The notes under the pieces were generated by a model. It ran no database searches, was not told the origin of the DNA, and was given only the letters and a program-made list of their open reading frames with translations. The position numbers and the translations under genes are program-made. 52,858 nucleotides of DNA from a virus (Duplodnaviria > Caudoviricetes), in the IMG/VR virus record IMGVR_UViG_3300008255_000161, positions 1-52,858 of that record; one strand, given 5' to 3'. Shown here one piece after another: positions 31,045 through 40,501 of the stretch; position 1 is the first letter of the stretch; each line of letters opens with the position of its first letter.

Positions 31045-31129
31045 AGAGACCGAGCGTATACACTAACCTCGGTCTCTAAATCTCCTGTGGGTTGAGATTT
31101 GCCGGGGGGTTTCTCTCCTAACCCCCGGC
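31045..31129. terminator. Three adjacent hairpins at the convergence of the two transcription arms (bidirectional terminator region)
   Basis: AGAGACCGAG/CTCGGTCTCT (31045-31077), AAATCTC/GAGATTT (31078-31100), GCCGGGGG/CCCCCGGC (31101-31129). Confidence 0.7.
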
Positions 31130-31133
31130 CCTT

Positions 31134-34109
31134 TCATACAGCTCTGAGTAGTTTCTGCACACTCTGCAGCTTGTTTAGGCTTAGCATTACACACTTCGCT
31201 GGCGTACCCGGTATGTTCGTACCCAGCGTCAAGTTGTAAGTGTGCGTATCGGTACCGTCGCTGGCGGGGATAAAATACCCCATCTCGATGGCCGTGTCGC
31301 GTAGGTGGGTGCAGTCCACCGAGGCTTCGCGGCACCACTCACGCAAGTGCGCCAGTGATAGGATAACGACATTGTGCAGTCCTTCGGGTGTGTGCGTGTT
31401 ACCAATGATGAAGCGCCCTGCGATACGATCCTGCGGGATGAACGACGGCAGCTCTTTGTCGTTGCGACTAAAGCCGTTCGTGACCAGCAGACTCTTGCGT
31501 ACCGTGGTGATCAGCTTGTTGAGCTGTGCTTCGACGGCATTGGACTCGATCTTCTCCGTTGTAACCACCTTAGCCAAGCGCGCCAAGTGCTCAACCGCCC
31601 AACCTTGCAGCGTCCTGATGTCAAAATCCACCAGTTTCAAGCGCCGCATGATCGCCGCCGCTGCCAGGGTGCACTCCACGTGGTACCGGTAAAAACGCCA
31701 TTGCGGCGCGTCGGTCTCAGGGCTGAGACGCTGGATGCGTTGCTTGATGGAGAAAATCAACTGCTCCACCACGGCTTGGTTTTGCACCACGAAGCGGATA
31801 AACGCATCCCCCGGTGCCCCCGATCCTTTCTGGGCGTCGGTCACGCGCTTGTCGACCTCCACCGAATCGAGGATAGGGACTGGGTAGTCGCGCGTAGAGA
31901 TCTCAAAAATACGCACTTGGTTAGCCTCCACATCCCGCGACAGCGTAGCCAGCTTGTTGGTCAACCCCTCGTTGGCGGTCAGGTACGCGCTGAGGTTCCA
32001 CGACGAACTGTCGCGCAGCTCACCGGTTTGACTCAAGCGCAGACGATCCCGACCGTTGGATACTGCATAGAGGAATGTTGATAGCTCCTGCGGATCGATG
32101 TCGGTGATCTCGTCGATCAGTACCGGCAGGTTGCCCATGGTCGCCAGGGTAGCGATACGGGCCATTGGCGTGGCGCCGTCCTTGGTGCCGATGGTCATGG
32201 CCCGCCAGTTACCGAACGCCATGAGCGCCAGCTTCCCCACGGTAGTTTTACCCTTACCCGAGCTGGGGTCGGTCAAGGCCAGGGGGATGCCGGCGTACAG
32301 ATCGGACTGGAACACCCCCAACAAACTCCCGAACCCACTGCACAGGGCGTACTGCATGTGCGTCATACCGGGGCGGTTGTAGATCCAGTTGATGGTGCTT
32401 ACCCAGGGCTCAGGCGAGGCTGCCACCTGCCCGAACGCCGCAGAACAACGCCCTGCGTTCTTATCCACCACGGCTTGCTTAACAATGCCGTCGACCGTGT
32501 ATTCACGTTCGCCGATCACAAACGCGCTGCGCTCGGCGTGCCAGCCAAACTGCACGTAGGTGCGTACCTCTGCCGAGGAATCCACCATGTGGGCACAGAA
32601 GTCCGTCACGTATTGGCGCATGTACTGTGATAACGATATGTTGGTCATAAACACCTCTTGGGATGCGAGCAGTTCCACCACGGTTGGCTTTGCCGTCATC
32701 GCCCCCTCCACTGGAAATAGACGGACCGTACCATCCGATTTGATAACGCGAAACTGGTAAGAGTACGTGTTGTCCGAGCTACGAATCCGCGCCACCGGGT
32801 AGAACGTGCAGCGGGCAAACATGATGGGTTTTATCATACCCTCGCTGTCGGTTTTCAAAAATGCCAAGCCCCCTTTGGCGGTCTGGATGTAGCCTTTGGG
32901 CAGGGTAATCCCCTCGATGACTGCCTCTACCCCGTTGACTTCGGCAGTGATATCTGCCGTCTTGACCATGGTATCCCGTCGGTAGCCGAGCTGGATAGGG
33001 GACGTAATGGTGCCTTTAAGCGAGCAGCCACTACAGCCGTCAGGATTGCACTTGTCAAAATAGGCACAGGTAGCGGGGCCTGTCGCCCACCCGTCGAGCT
33101 TTTGCTGGGTTTCGTCCGCTGAGTAGTTGGGATGCAGGGCCGACCACTCGTGGGCTATTTTTTCACCCTCTGTGGTGTGCTTTAGTACCCCCAGCAGGCC
33201 CCGCCAGACCGGTTCGGGTGCGTCGCCGTTGTTGCTGTGAAACTGCAGCATCTGGTTGCACTGGCGGACGATATCCTCGGCGAAGGCGGGGATCTGGGGC
33301 AAATCAGTCGCCATGTCCTGGGAGCGGTCCTCTGCGTAGGACGGGGCGTGGCTAAGTAAGGGCACCGATGGAGCCGGCAGCGCCTCTTTGCCCTCCAGGG
33401 CGTTCTTGAGCAACCCCAGAAACTGCGCGACGGGGGTGGGTTGTACCGGGGCTTTGTTCATTACGACAACAGGGCGGGCGATGGTGCCTTTTCTGTTGTT
33501 GGTCTTGGGTGGGCGCAGTACCGAGGCTATATCGATGTCCCGCGAGGCGTCTGAGCGGATCTGGTAGACGTTGAGCACTTGGCGCCAGATCTTGGCAATG
33601 CCCATCCATTGACGTGCCGGTACATCCTCAACGAACGGCCAATAGCAATGCAAGCCATAGCCGGAGTTAACCATAATCGGGGCAGGTAGCTTGGCCAGTC
33701 TGCAGAACTTGACCACCTCCTGGGCGGCTTCCTTCTGCGTCGCATAGCCCAGGCCCTTTTCGGCTTTGGCTTCACCACAGTCCAGATCGATCCACAGCGA
33801 GCGGGCCGCGATGGCCAACTGCTGGGTGCGGTAGTCGTACTTCTGTTTGCCGTTCTTAGTGAGCTTGAGTTTGCCGGTGCGGCGATCGATGGCGGGGATT
33901 GGCTCAGCAAACCCCGCTAAGGCGAAATAGGTGTGACGTTCTTCGGCGTCCATGGTGATCATCCCAGTGGCCCATTCTGAGACGTCGTGGTAGGCAGTGT
34001 GGCGGAATGTCTTTATAATTTTGTCGTCTGCTTGGAACGAATACAGTTCTGCAGCGTATTTTATGCCAACCCTGGGTGTGACCAAGGTTAAAAATTCCCT
34101 TAGCTTCAT
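31134..34109 (-). CDS. Primase-helicase (AEP/RepB-like primase, PriCT/Zn region, DUF927-type helicase)
   Basis: LWIDLD, VNSGYGLHCYW, VLRPP.T.N.K, EPVWRG, C..F....C..C...SPIQLG, FGWH, SGKGKTT, LIDEIT. Confidence 0.88.
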   Translation of the reverse strand: MKLREFLTLVTPRVGIKYAAELYSFQADDKIIKTFRHTAYHDVSEWATGMITMDAEERHTYFALAGFAEPIPAIDRRTGKLKLTKNGKQKYDYRTQQLAIAARSLWIDLDCGEAKAEKGLGYATQKEAAQEVVKFCRLAKLPAPIMVNSGYGLHCYWPFVEDVPARQWMGIAKIWRQVLNVYQIRSDASRDIDIASVLRPPKTNNRKGTIARPVVVMNKAPVQPTPVAQFLGLLKNALEGKEALPAPSVPLLSHAPSYAEDRSQDMATDLPQIPAFAEDIVRQCNQMLQFHSNNGDAPEPVWRGLLGVLKHTTEGEKIAHEWSALHPNYSADETQQKLDGWATGPATCAYFDKCNPDGCSGCSLKGTITSPIQLGYRRDTMVKTADITAEVNGVEAVIEGITLPKGYIQTAKGGLAFLKTDSEGMIKPIMFARCTFYPVARIRSSDNTYSYQFRVIKSDGTVRLFPVEGAMTAKPTVVELLASQEVFMTNISLSQYMRQYVTDFCAHMVDSSAEVRTYVQFGWHAERSAFVIGEREYTVDGIVKQAVVDKNAGRCSAAFGQVAASPEPWVSTINWIYNRPGMTHMQYALCSGFGSLLGVFQSDLYAGIPLALTDPSSGKGKTTVGKLALMAFGNWRAMTIGTKDGATPMARIATLATMGNLPVLIDEITDIDPQELSTFLYAVSNGRDRLRLSQTGELRDSSSWNLSAYLTANEGLTNKLATLSRDVEANQVRIFEISTRDYPVPILDSVEVDKRVTDAQKGSGAPGDAFIRFVVQNQAVVEQLIFSIKQRIQRLSPETDAPQWRFYRYHVECTLAAAAIMRRLKLVDFDIRTLQGWAVEHLARLAKVVTTEKIESNAVEAQLNKLITTVRKSLLVTNGFSRNDKELPSFIPQDRIAGRFIIGNTHTPEGLHNVVILSLAHLREWCREASVDCTHLRDTAIEMGYFIPASDGTDTHTYNLTLGTNIPGTPAKCVMLSLNKLQSVQKLLRAV

Positions 34110-34135
34110 GGTGTGACCGCCTGTGATGCGGACCC

Positions 34136-34438
34136 CTAGCTGATATCGCTCAACGCAGTGTCGTGCGAAGCCCGCGCAGAATCCAGCTGGTGTCGAATAT
34201 ACGGTAAGCGCTGTACCCGAGACACTTTCCCTTCCAAAAGTGAACCGGGCAACAAACCAGTATCGACCGCGACTTGGATTGTTTCAAGCGCATCTTTTAA
34301 CCGAGGTGCGTGGAACGGACTCGGCGCGTACTTCCCTGATAACCACTGGTGAGCGGAGACCCGCGACACCCGTAGCAGGCGCGCCAGATCCGCTTTCGTC
34401 ATCCCGGCGTTTCTCAGCAGAACTTCTTGTTCAGTCAT
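34136..34438 (-). CDS. XRE/Cro-like HTH regulator
   Basis: GMTKADLARLLRVSRVSAHQWLSG. Confidence 0.8.
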   Translation of the reverse strand: MTEQEVLLRNAGMTKADLARLLRVSRVSAHQWLSGKYAPSPFHAPRLKDALETIQVAVDTGLLPGSLLEGKVSRVQRLPYIRHQLDSARASHDTALSDIS

Positions 34439-34472
34439 AAAACCTCCGAGGCCATCCCTGGCCCTTTATGGG

Positions 34473-35543
34473 TTAGTCGTCAAAGCCTTCAAGCAAGCTG
34501 TCCAGCTCTGCTTCCAGCCCTTGTGGTACCGTTACGGCAGGCTTTTTGGCGGGGGCAGCAGCTTTTGGCGGTGGAGCTTCCTCTTCCTCCTCGTCTGCTA
34601 CTTCCTGCGCAGCGAACATGGAGGTGTTGGTCTTTTTCGCCGCTGTCGTTCTTTTGGCTGCCGGTTTTGGCGGTGGCGGTGGGGTTTCGTCTTCCTCCTC
34701 TTCATCGTCCTCGGGCGGTGCCACCGGGGTAGCGGGTTTCTTAGGCGCGGCCTTCTTGGCGGGCGCTGGGGCCGGTGCTGGTTCGTCCACATCGTCGTCG
34801 ATCGGCTCGGCAGGCGCAGGTTGTGCCACCGGCTTATTCAGCAGCCCAACGATCTCTTGCACGACAGGATCGTCGTACATCCCTTTGGAGACTTTGTACT
34901 GGGCTTCAGCCAAAAACCCAATCGGCTTGAACTTCACCTTGGGCGTGGCGGCGTCGTGATCGAAGCTCAGGCGAGTGACCACTACGGCGTAGTCGCGCAC
35001 GTTGCGAGTCGCCAGCATCTTGCTGTACTCGGTCAGGTTACGCAGACTGGCGGGTGGGATACGCAGCAACAACGGGTCTTCCAAGCTGGATGCTGCAGCG
35101 ACAGCAAGACGTTTAAAGTCGCCGCAACGCTTACCCTTACCAGAACCGTCCTCACCCACCGCCGTGCCGAACACATTGTGCGGGCAGGTGGCGCAGGTGT
35201 CGGACTGCTTTTCTTCAGCGGAGGGGTCCGGGCGGATGCCATCGTTAGAGAAGCACGCGGGTGCGTCGTCGTTACCGTCAGTGTAGCGCGTGCTATAAAA
35301 CACCTTCGATACACCTTGGCCAGCGCGCAGGATAACGACATCCAAGGTAGCCGCTGGTGTTTCGTCGTCATCAGGACGCATGATGGTGGTCTTCTCACCG
35401 CTGCGCTTGATGGACCATACTTTGCCCTTGTAGCTCAGTACGGGAAAACCAATACCCCCCGCCGCCAATTCGGCAATGCGGTCCGGGGCTTCGGTCATAT
35501 AAGCAGGTAGCCCTGCGGATTCAAACGGGATTAATGCACTCAT
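34473..35543 (-). CDS. Putative ssDNA-binding/annealing protein
   Basis: P.C.S.DG..P...C..CP.N.FG...GK.C Zn motif, LLRIPPASL, acidic/Pro linker and acidic tail LLEGFDD. Confidence 0.65.
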   Translation of the reverse strand: MSALIPFESAGLPAYMTEAPDRIAELAAGGIGFPVLSYKGKVWSIKRSGEKTTIMRPDDDETPAATLDVVILRAGQGVSKVFYSTRYTDGNDDAPACFSNDGIRPDPSAEEKQSDTCATCPHNVFGTAVGEDGSGKGKRCGDFKRLAVAAASSLEDPLLLRIPPASLRNLTEYSKMLATRNVRDYAVVVTRLSFDHDAATPKVKFKPIGFLAEAQYKVSKGMYDDPVVQEIVGLLNKPVAQPAPAEPIDDDVDEPAPAPAPAKKAAPKKPATPVAPPEDDEEEEDETPPPPPKPAAKRTTAAKKTNTSMFAAQEVADEEEEEAPPPKAAAPAKKPAVTVPQGLEAELDSLLEGFDD

Positions 35544-35552
35544 GATAACTCC

Positions 35553-35753
35553 TTAATGGTTGGCTAAGCGGGCGAGGACGTCTGTGCAGGAGAGGGCAAC
35601 CAGATAGCCCCCTTCACTGCCAGTCATACGAACAACACAGGCGTTTACTACCTCGCCCTCTTTGGATTCGTATGGGTGGATGCACTCCACCATACTGCGG
35701 TTAATATGAAGCTCTCCGCCCTTGTAACCGGGCAGGGTAATGAAGTTTGCCAT
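35553..35753 (-). CDS. Small protein (66 aa), FlbD-like pattern
   Basis: ATG at 35753 after AAGGAG; MANFITL...LHINRSMVECI. Confidence 0.55.
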   Translation of the reverse strand: MANFITLPGYKGGELHINRSMVECIHPYESKEGEVVNACVVRMTGSEGGYLVALSCTDVLARLANH

Positions 35754-35763
35754 TGGGGTCTCC

Positions 35764-36162
35764 TTATTTGGGCCGAGGGCGGTTGATGCCGATCGTGGCG
35801 ACGCGGTTCCACTCCACACCGGGAGGGGGTTGCTTGTGGGTTTCGACAAACTCAGCCACCGCCGTCTTGTTGCAGGCTTTGTTGAGCATGTCAAAGGCTT
35901 GGTTGGGCAGCACGTAGTCAGTGAAGAACGCTTCCCAATCCTGGATCTTAGCGCTGGTGGCATACTTGATGTACGCCGTACCGTGGGCGGTCTTCATGCT
36001 GGCTTCTTCCCCGCCCAGCTCTTGCAAACTCTGCAGCAACACACCTTCGATCTTGTTCATCGCGGATACCAGGGGCACCAGTTCTTCCTTCTGGCGTTTC
36101 TCGATAGCCGCTTTTTTGTCGCGCAGGGCGACATACTTGGCGATAAGTTCTTCGAGTGTCAT
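35764..36162 (-). CDS. Conserved phage replication-module protein
   Basis: LIAKYVALRD...SMKTAHGTAY...DWEAF...PPPGV. Confidence 0.7.
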   Translation of the reverse strand: MTLEELIAKYVALRDKKAAIEKRQKEELVPLVSAMNKIEGVLLQSLQELGGEEASMKTAHGTAYIKYATSAKIQDWEAFFTDYVLPNQAFDMLNKACNKTAVAEFVETHKQPPPGVEWNRVATIGINRPRPK

Positions 36163-37715
36163 AACTCTTCCTCGTGGGTTTTGAATAGATCTAACAGCTG
36201 TCCTTGCGTATTCTGCTTAGTCCGTAATCTGTTAAAAAGTTTACGCTCTAACGGGGTTCCCGTCAAGGCGGCGACTACCGTTGTTTTCTTTTGTCCTGGT
36301 CTCCTTATCCGCGCATTGGCTTGCTCGAATGTCTCGTTGGATGTAATGGGTCCGTACCACACGATGGTAGTAGCGGCGGTTAGCGTCAGCCCGTGCGACA
36401 TGGTTTTGGGCTGCGCCACTAACACCTTGAACCCGTTCTTTTGGAACTCCCCAAAAATCCTATCCCGGTCGTATTTTTTAACGCCGCCATCGATGAATGC
36501 AGTGCTGTAGCGGCGGCTCAAAAACTCCACCACACTGCGCAGTACCCCACTGAAGGCGACGAACACAATCACGCTACCTTCGGACTCGTCGATCAGCTCC
36601 TCCAAGGCTGACAACCTGGGTCCAGAGGGCAGTAGTACTTCTTTGCCGTGGATGTCATACGCCACGCCCGCCGAGATTTGCAGTAGCTTACCGACCTTAA
36701 CAGCTTCGTTAACCGCGAGGATTTCTCCTGCGGCATACTCCGCACGTAGTTTGCCGATCATGTCCTTAAACGCTTTATTCTGCTCCGGGGTCAGTGGTGC
36801 ATGACGCTCGATAAACACTTGCTCTGGTAGATCAACACACTCCTCTAGGGTAAAGCGCACCGCTGGCTGCATCATGCGGTGCAGGACGTCCAGATAACCC
36901 TTGCGGGGTATCCATGAAAACGGACCCGACGGGAACATGATCTGCTCCCGGAACTGCGAGAACCGCCCCTGCGCCTGCCATGGCGTGATCAGTTTTACCT
37001 GCCCCCATACGTCCAAGGGAGAGTCCGACATCGGCGTGCCCGTCAGCCCCCAGGCTTTCCTAAGGATAGGCCCGTTGATGACGTGGTTGGCCGCTTTCCA
37101 TAGCGAGGTTTTGGAGTTCTTCACCACGGACAGCTCGTCATAAATTACGAGGTCGATGTCAGGCCGCTGTTTCAAGTCGTCCTGCAGAATCGCCAAGCCA
37201 TGGTGGTTGACGACGTAGATATCCGCAGGTTTTGCCAACAGCTTCCTGCGCTTGCTGGCTGCACCGTACAACGATACGCAGCGCAGATCGGGGAAGTGCT
37301 CGAACACCGTGTCGCCCCAGGTCCGCTCCAAGGTCGAGAGCGGCGCTACCACCAGCAGGCGCTTGACGATCCCTTGTGAGCGCAGGTAGTCATACGCCCA
37401 TAGGGATGCCAGCGTCTTGCCGGTGCCCATCGAGTTAAGGCAATACGCCCGGTTATGCTGCGAGAGCATCGCCGCCGTCTCATGCTGCTCCATATAGGGG
37501 GCATACATTCCTGCCCATTCGTAGTAGTAACTGATCGGGGCGGGCGCATCGATGCCCAGGTTACGCAGTATGCGCACCACTTCAACGACGTGCGGCAGCG
37601 CCAGTAACGGCGTGCCGCGATACTCGAATTGCTTAACCTTGGGTATGACTTTCTTGATACGTTCGGGGTTTCGGGAGTTAAGAATCAGTGCCTTGTGCTT
37701 AGTACTGACTAACAT
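36159..37715 (-). CDS. SNF2-family (SF2) helicase
   Basis: MGTGKT, DELS, LTGTP, HGLTLT, QANARIRRPGQ. Confidence 0.92.
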   Translation of the reverse strand: MLVSTKHKALILNSRNPERIKKVIPKVKQFEYRGTPLLALPHVVEVVRILRNLGIDAPAPISYYYEWAGMYAPYMEQHETAAMLSQHNRAYCLNSMGTGKTLASLWAYDYLRSQGIVKRLLVVAPLSTLERTWGDTVFEHFPDLRCVSLYGAASKRRKLLAKPADIYVVNHHGLAILQDDLKQRPDIDLVIYDELSVVKNSKTSLWKAANHVINGPILRKAWGLTGTPMSDSPLDVWGQVKLITPWQAQGRFSQFREQIMFPSGPFSWIPRKGYLDVLHRMMQPAVRFTLEECVDLPEQVFIERHAPLTPEQNKAFKDMIGKLRAEYAAGEILAVNEAVKVGKLLQISAGVAYDIHGKEVLLPSGPRLSALEELIDESEGSVIVFVAFSGVLRSVVEFLSRRYSTAFIDGGVKKYDRDRIFGEFQKNGFKVLVAQPKTMSHGLTLTAATTIVWYGPITSNETFEQANARIRRPGQKKTTVVAALTGTPLERKLFNRLRTKQNTQGQLLDLFKTHEEEL

Positions 37716-37969
37716 CAGTCATACCCCTTTTTCCCCTTGCGCCACCCCCGGTTTACTTTGGGGGTCGTCACTCGGGTGTTGCCCGCGTTGCCGCCGCCCT
37801 TGCGTATCGGTTTTACGTGGTCCAGATCCTTGCCGTCCCCTTTGGACACGCGCCCGTCCTTCTCGGCATCCCGCCGTGCCTGGACGCGTTGAGCGCGCTT
37901 TTTTATCTGCTCAGGCTTCCCGTGGTAGTCCTTGTATTCCTTTTTGTAATCTCTTGGTTTGTCAGCCAT
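37715..37969 (-). CDS. Small HNH-like nuclease
   Basis: KGDGKDLDHVKPI.KGG.N..N.RV....NR. Confidence 0.75.
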   Translation of the reverse strand: MADKPRDYKKEYKDYHGKPEQIKKRAQRVQARRDAEKDGRVSKGDGKDLDHVKPIRKGGGNAGNTRVTTPKVNRGWRKGKKGYD

Positions 37970-38327
37970 CGAGTGGCCCTCCCAACGTCACGTCAATTTT
38001 ATCCAGCAGCTGCCGGACCTGCTCTACATCATCGGCTACTATGGCATACCCTCCGGCACGGCGAATCCCCGTGAGTTGGTGTTGTTGGTTGGGTGTGGCT
38101 TTGTTCCACCGTTGTACCTCTGTGGTGGGGGTTTTCATCGGGGCCTTGGTCTCGATAGCAACAAAGATCCCCCGATAACAGCAAACTAAATCCGGGATGC
38201 CTACGACACCCATGCCATTTTGCATGGGCATGTAGTGCCACAAGCGAGCGCCCCGATCACTCAGTAACTGCCGAACGCGTTTCTTGACGCGCCCCTCTGG
38301 TGTTATCCCGGCCATCGTCTTCTCCAC
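37962..38327 (-). CDS. VRR-NUC / Holliday junction resolvase-like nuclease
   Basis: TPEGRVK...GIPDLVCC..G.FVAIETKAP...Q...I..AGG. Confidence 0.88.
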   Translation of the reverse strand: MEKTMAGITPEGRVKKRVRQLLSDRGARLWHYMPMQNGMGVVGIPDLVCCYRGIFVAIETKAPMKTPTTEVQRWNKATPNQQHQLTGIRRAGGYAIVADDVEQVRQLLDKIDVTLGGPLDG

Positions 38328-38472
38328 AATAGGGCGGGGGAATAGTCCCTACCTCCACCGCGTAGTTACACAGGCGGCGTTCTTCATCCTTGGCATCCTC
38401 GTACGCCATCGAGCCTACGACGCCCCAGAAAACAACCACGAAGAATATCACGCGCCATTGCGTGTAAGTCAC
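38257..38472 (-). CDS. Small membrane protein
   Basis: N-terminal TM helix followed by G.MAYED...C. Confidence 0.55.
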   Translation of the reverse strand: MTYTQWRVIFFVVVFWGVVGSMAYEDAKDEERRLCNYAVEVGTIPPPYCGEDDGRDNTRGARQETRSAVTE

Positions 38473-38927
38473 GGTTTAAACTCCACTACGTCGGTGGAGC
38501 CCAGCCCCCTGGCACCGCGATCGGTAGGCCGGTTGGCGAACTCCTCCGGGGTTATCTCTACGCCTGTCAGTAAGCAGGGCATGACTACCATCTGGGCAAA
38601 TGCCCAGCGGTACTTGACGATCTGCGGATCACGGCTCCACGCTTGACTCATGCTGACCACGATCTCGCCACGAAAGTCTGCATCGATGGTACCGTGAAAC
38701 GCCTGGACTCGGTGGTTAAAGTATAGCCCAGATCGAGAGCGGATGATGCCGACGTAACCATGCGGGATGACACAGCCGATGCCGATCGGGATATCAAAAA
38801 TAGCCCCCGGCTCGAACAGTATGTCGTGTAGTGCGAATAAGTCGAAGCCCGCCGCCCCGTCGGTTTTGCGCACTGGGCAGATGGCTTTCTGATGTAACTT
38901 TACGAACTCTACTACTGGCGTGATCAT
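38469..38927 (-). CDS. dut: Trimeric dUTPase
   Basis: All five motifs: AGFDL, RSG, GTIDADFRGE, AQMV, RG.RGLGST. Confidence 0.95.
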   Translation of the reverse strand: MITPVVEFVKLHQKAICPVRKTDGAAGFDLFALHDILFEPGAIFDIPIGIGCVIPHGYVGIIRSRSGLYFNHRVQAFHGTIDADFRGEIVVSMSQAWSRDPQIVKYRWAFAQMVVMPCLLTGVEITPEEFANRPTDRGARGLGSTDVVEFKP

Positions 38928-39535
38928 GGTCTGTCCCTCGCCGCTGTCTCGCCCATGAGGGCGAAATACGCTGCACCGTCCTCATAGTTATCGCCCCGGT
39001 AGAAACCCTGTTGGGATCGAACGGCTTTGAGCATGATCTGGAACAACCACCCCTGCTCCTCGGTCAGGGTTATACCGGTAACAGCTTCAAACGCCTGCAC
39101 CGTAGCACCCATGGATCGCTCCCCCTCGGGCTTATCATACGTCCTGGTCCGGTCGCCAATGTGACCCTTGGCGGCGTCGAGCAAATCCACGGCACTGGTT
39201 GGTTTTACTGGGTTAACGGGCTTACCAGAGGGTCTTACCATCATTGCGAACGACGGATGGGCCATGATCGGTCTGATTGTGTCACTCCCCTCCTTGATAA
39301 AGGGGAGCCATTGTTTACCAACTAAGGCGTGCCACCCGTCGATGTTTTTCAGAAACACCTCTCTGAGGGCGTCGTAATGCGTTGCCCCCCTGGCAATAGC
39401 ATATTCTACCGAGTCATAGTGCTCACCGTTGTTGCCGTTGTGCATCAGTATTGCTGCGCGTTCTTCGTCTTTCTCAGACCAGTTTTCAGTCGCCATACTT
39501 CTCTCCAAAATAAGTTGGGACGTCCTTGTCACCAC
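38924..39535 (-). CDS. Protein with C-terminal DUF6378-like (MazG/diphosphatase-related) helical domain
   Basis: DR..TY...ERSM...F...TG..L...GWLF...LK.VR...DNYED.AAY.AL.GE. Confidence 0.6.
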   Translation of the reverse strand: MVTRTSQLILERSMATENWSEKDEERAAILMHNGNNGEHYDSVEYAIARGATHYDALREVFLKNIDGWHALVGKQWLPFIKEGSDTIRPIMAHPSFAMMVRPSGKPVNPVKPTSAVDLLDAAKGHIGDRTRTYDKPEGERSMGATVQAFEAVTGITLTEEQGWLFQIMLKAVRSQQGFYRGDNYEDGAAYFALMGETAARDRP

Positions 39536-40230
39536 CCACAGTAGTCACAGTTTTGCTTACCCACTGGACAGTACTTCTTACACAACCCCGAGGGCTTCTC
39601 GGGCCATTGGTTTTTCTCATGAGCACGCTGCAGACGCTGCACGCGCGGCATGAATTCGTTCCACAGATCCGACTCCTGCTCTCGATGGAACACCACCGGA
39701 GGCGTCATCTTGTTGAGTTGCAGCATGGCGTAGCCGGCATGGACCCGCTCCAACGCAGTGCTCAGGGAGAACGACACCGCTGCAAACAGCTTCAACTGGT
39801 CGTCATCCGGGATGTTCTTGCCGGTCTTCCAATCCAACACCAGGGCTTTCTTGCCGTCAGGGCTGGTGAGCGAGACGTCGAGCACGGCGCGCAGCCATAC
39901 GTTGCGATCAAAGTACCCTACTTGCTCGAAGTCTTTGGTCAGGGCAATCTTCTGTTCTGACTCCAACACGCCTTCGCGTTTCTCCAGCGCTAACACAAAC
40001 GTCTCGTAGCGCTGGATGGTTTCAGGTAAGGGGGTGTGGTGTTGTACGCGCTTATCGAGGGCTTCGTGTACGAAGTTCCCCCAACGTAGGTGCTCGCTAT
40101 CCGGCTCCTTTACGATCTTCGCTACCCGTGTCAGGTAGTGACGCCGAGGGCACGTTTCAAACGATGTCAGCGCGGAATAGCTCCACGCCTTAAAAGGGTA
40201 AATGCGATCAGTCACGGCGCACCTCCGCAA
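39529..40230 (-). CDS. PD-(D/E)XK (Cas4/RecB-like) exonuclease
   Basis: WSYS.L..FETCP, G..VH, D....DWKTGK, QL, C...CP....C; probable GTG start at 40215. Confidence 0.88.
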   Translation of the reverse strand: MRRCAVTDRIYPFKAWSYSALTSFETCPRRHYLTRVAKIVKEPDSEHLRWGNFVHEALDKRVQHHTPLPETIQRYETFVLALEKREGVLESEQKIALTKDFEQVGYFDRNVWLRAVLDVSLTSPDGKKALVLDWKTGKNIPDDDQLKLFAAVSFSLSTALERVHAGYAMLQLNKMTPPVVFHREQESDLWNEFMPRVQRLQRAHEKNQWPEKPSGLCKKYCPVGKQNCDYCGW

Positions 40231-40501
40231 GTATGCAGTTAATTTCGTCGACGACTTCGCCGACTTCGTAGCGCGGACCGCCGAACTCCCCTAATCCTAA
40301 ATTACGGGGTACATCGCCCAGCATGTACGCGCACTTTTCTAACATGCCTACCAACGCCGCTTGCGGTGCCGTTAGTCGCTCTGCAAACTCGTACACGTAG
40401 GGGCGTAAGTCGCCATCGCGCAGTGTGAAGCCGCATTCTTGGGCAAGTGCTTTTATTTTCTCACGATTTATCACAACCGGTGGATCATTTACATTCGGCA
40501 T
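40208..40501 (-). CDS. Hypothetical phage protein (97 aa)
   Basis: ATG at 40501 after GGAG; KIKALAQECGF...DLRPYVYEFA. Confidence 0.6.
   Translation of the reverse strand: MPNVNDPPVVINREKIKALAQECGFTLRDGDLRPYVYEFAERLTAPQAALVGMLEKCAYMLGDVPRNLGLGEFGGPRYEVGEVVDEINCILAEVRRD

Noticed and set aside
38924-39535. Modified-base (e.g. dZ) DNA pathway
   Set aside because: Only a DUF6378-like domain and an ordinary dUTPase are present; no PurZ or other base-modification enzyme recognised
39529-40230. Cas4 as evidence of a CRISPR-Cas system
   Set aside because: Stand-alone PD-(D/E)XK nucleases are routine beside family A polymerases in phage replication modules; no array or other cas genes
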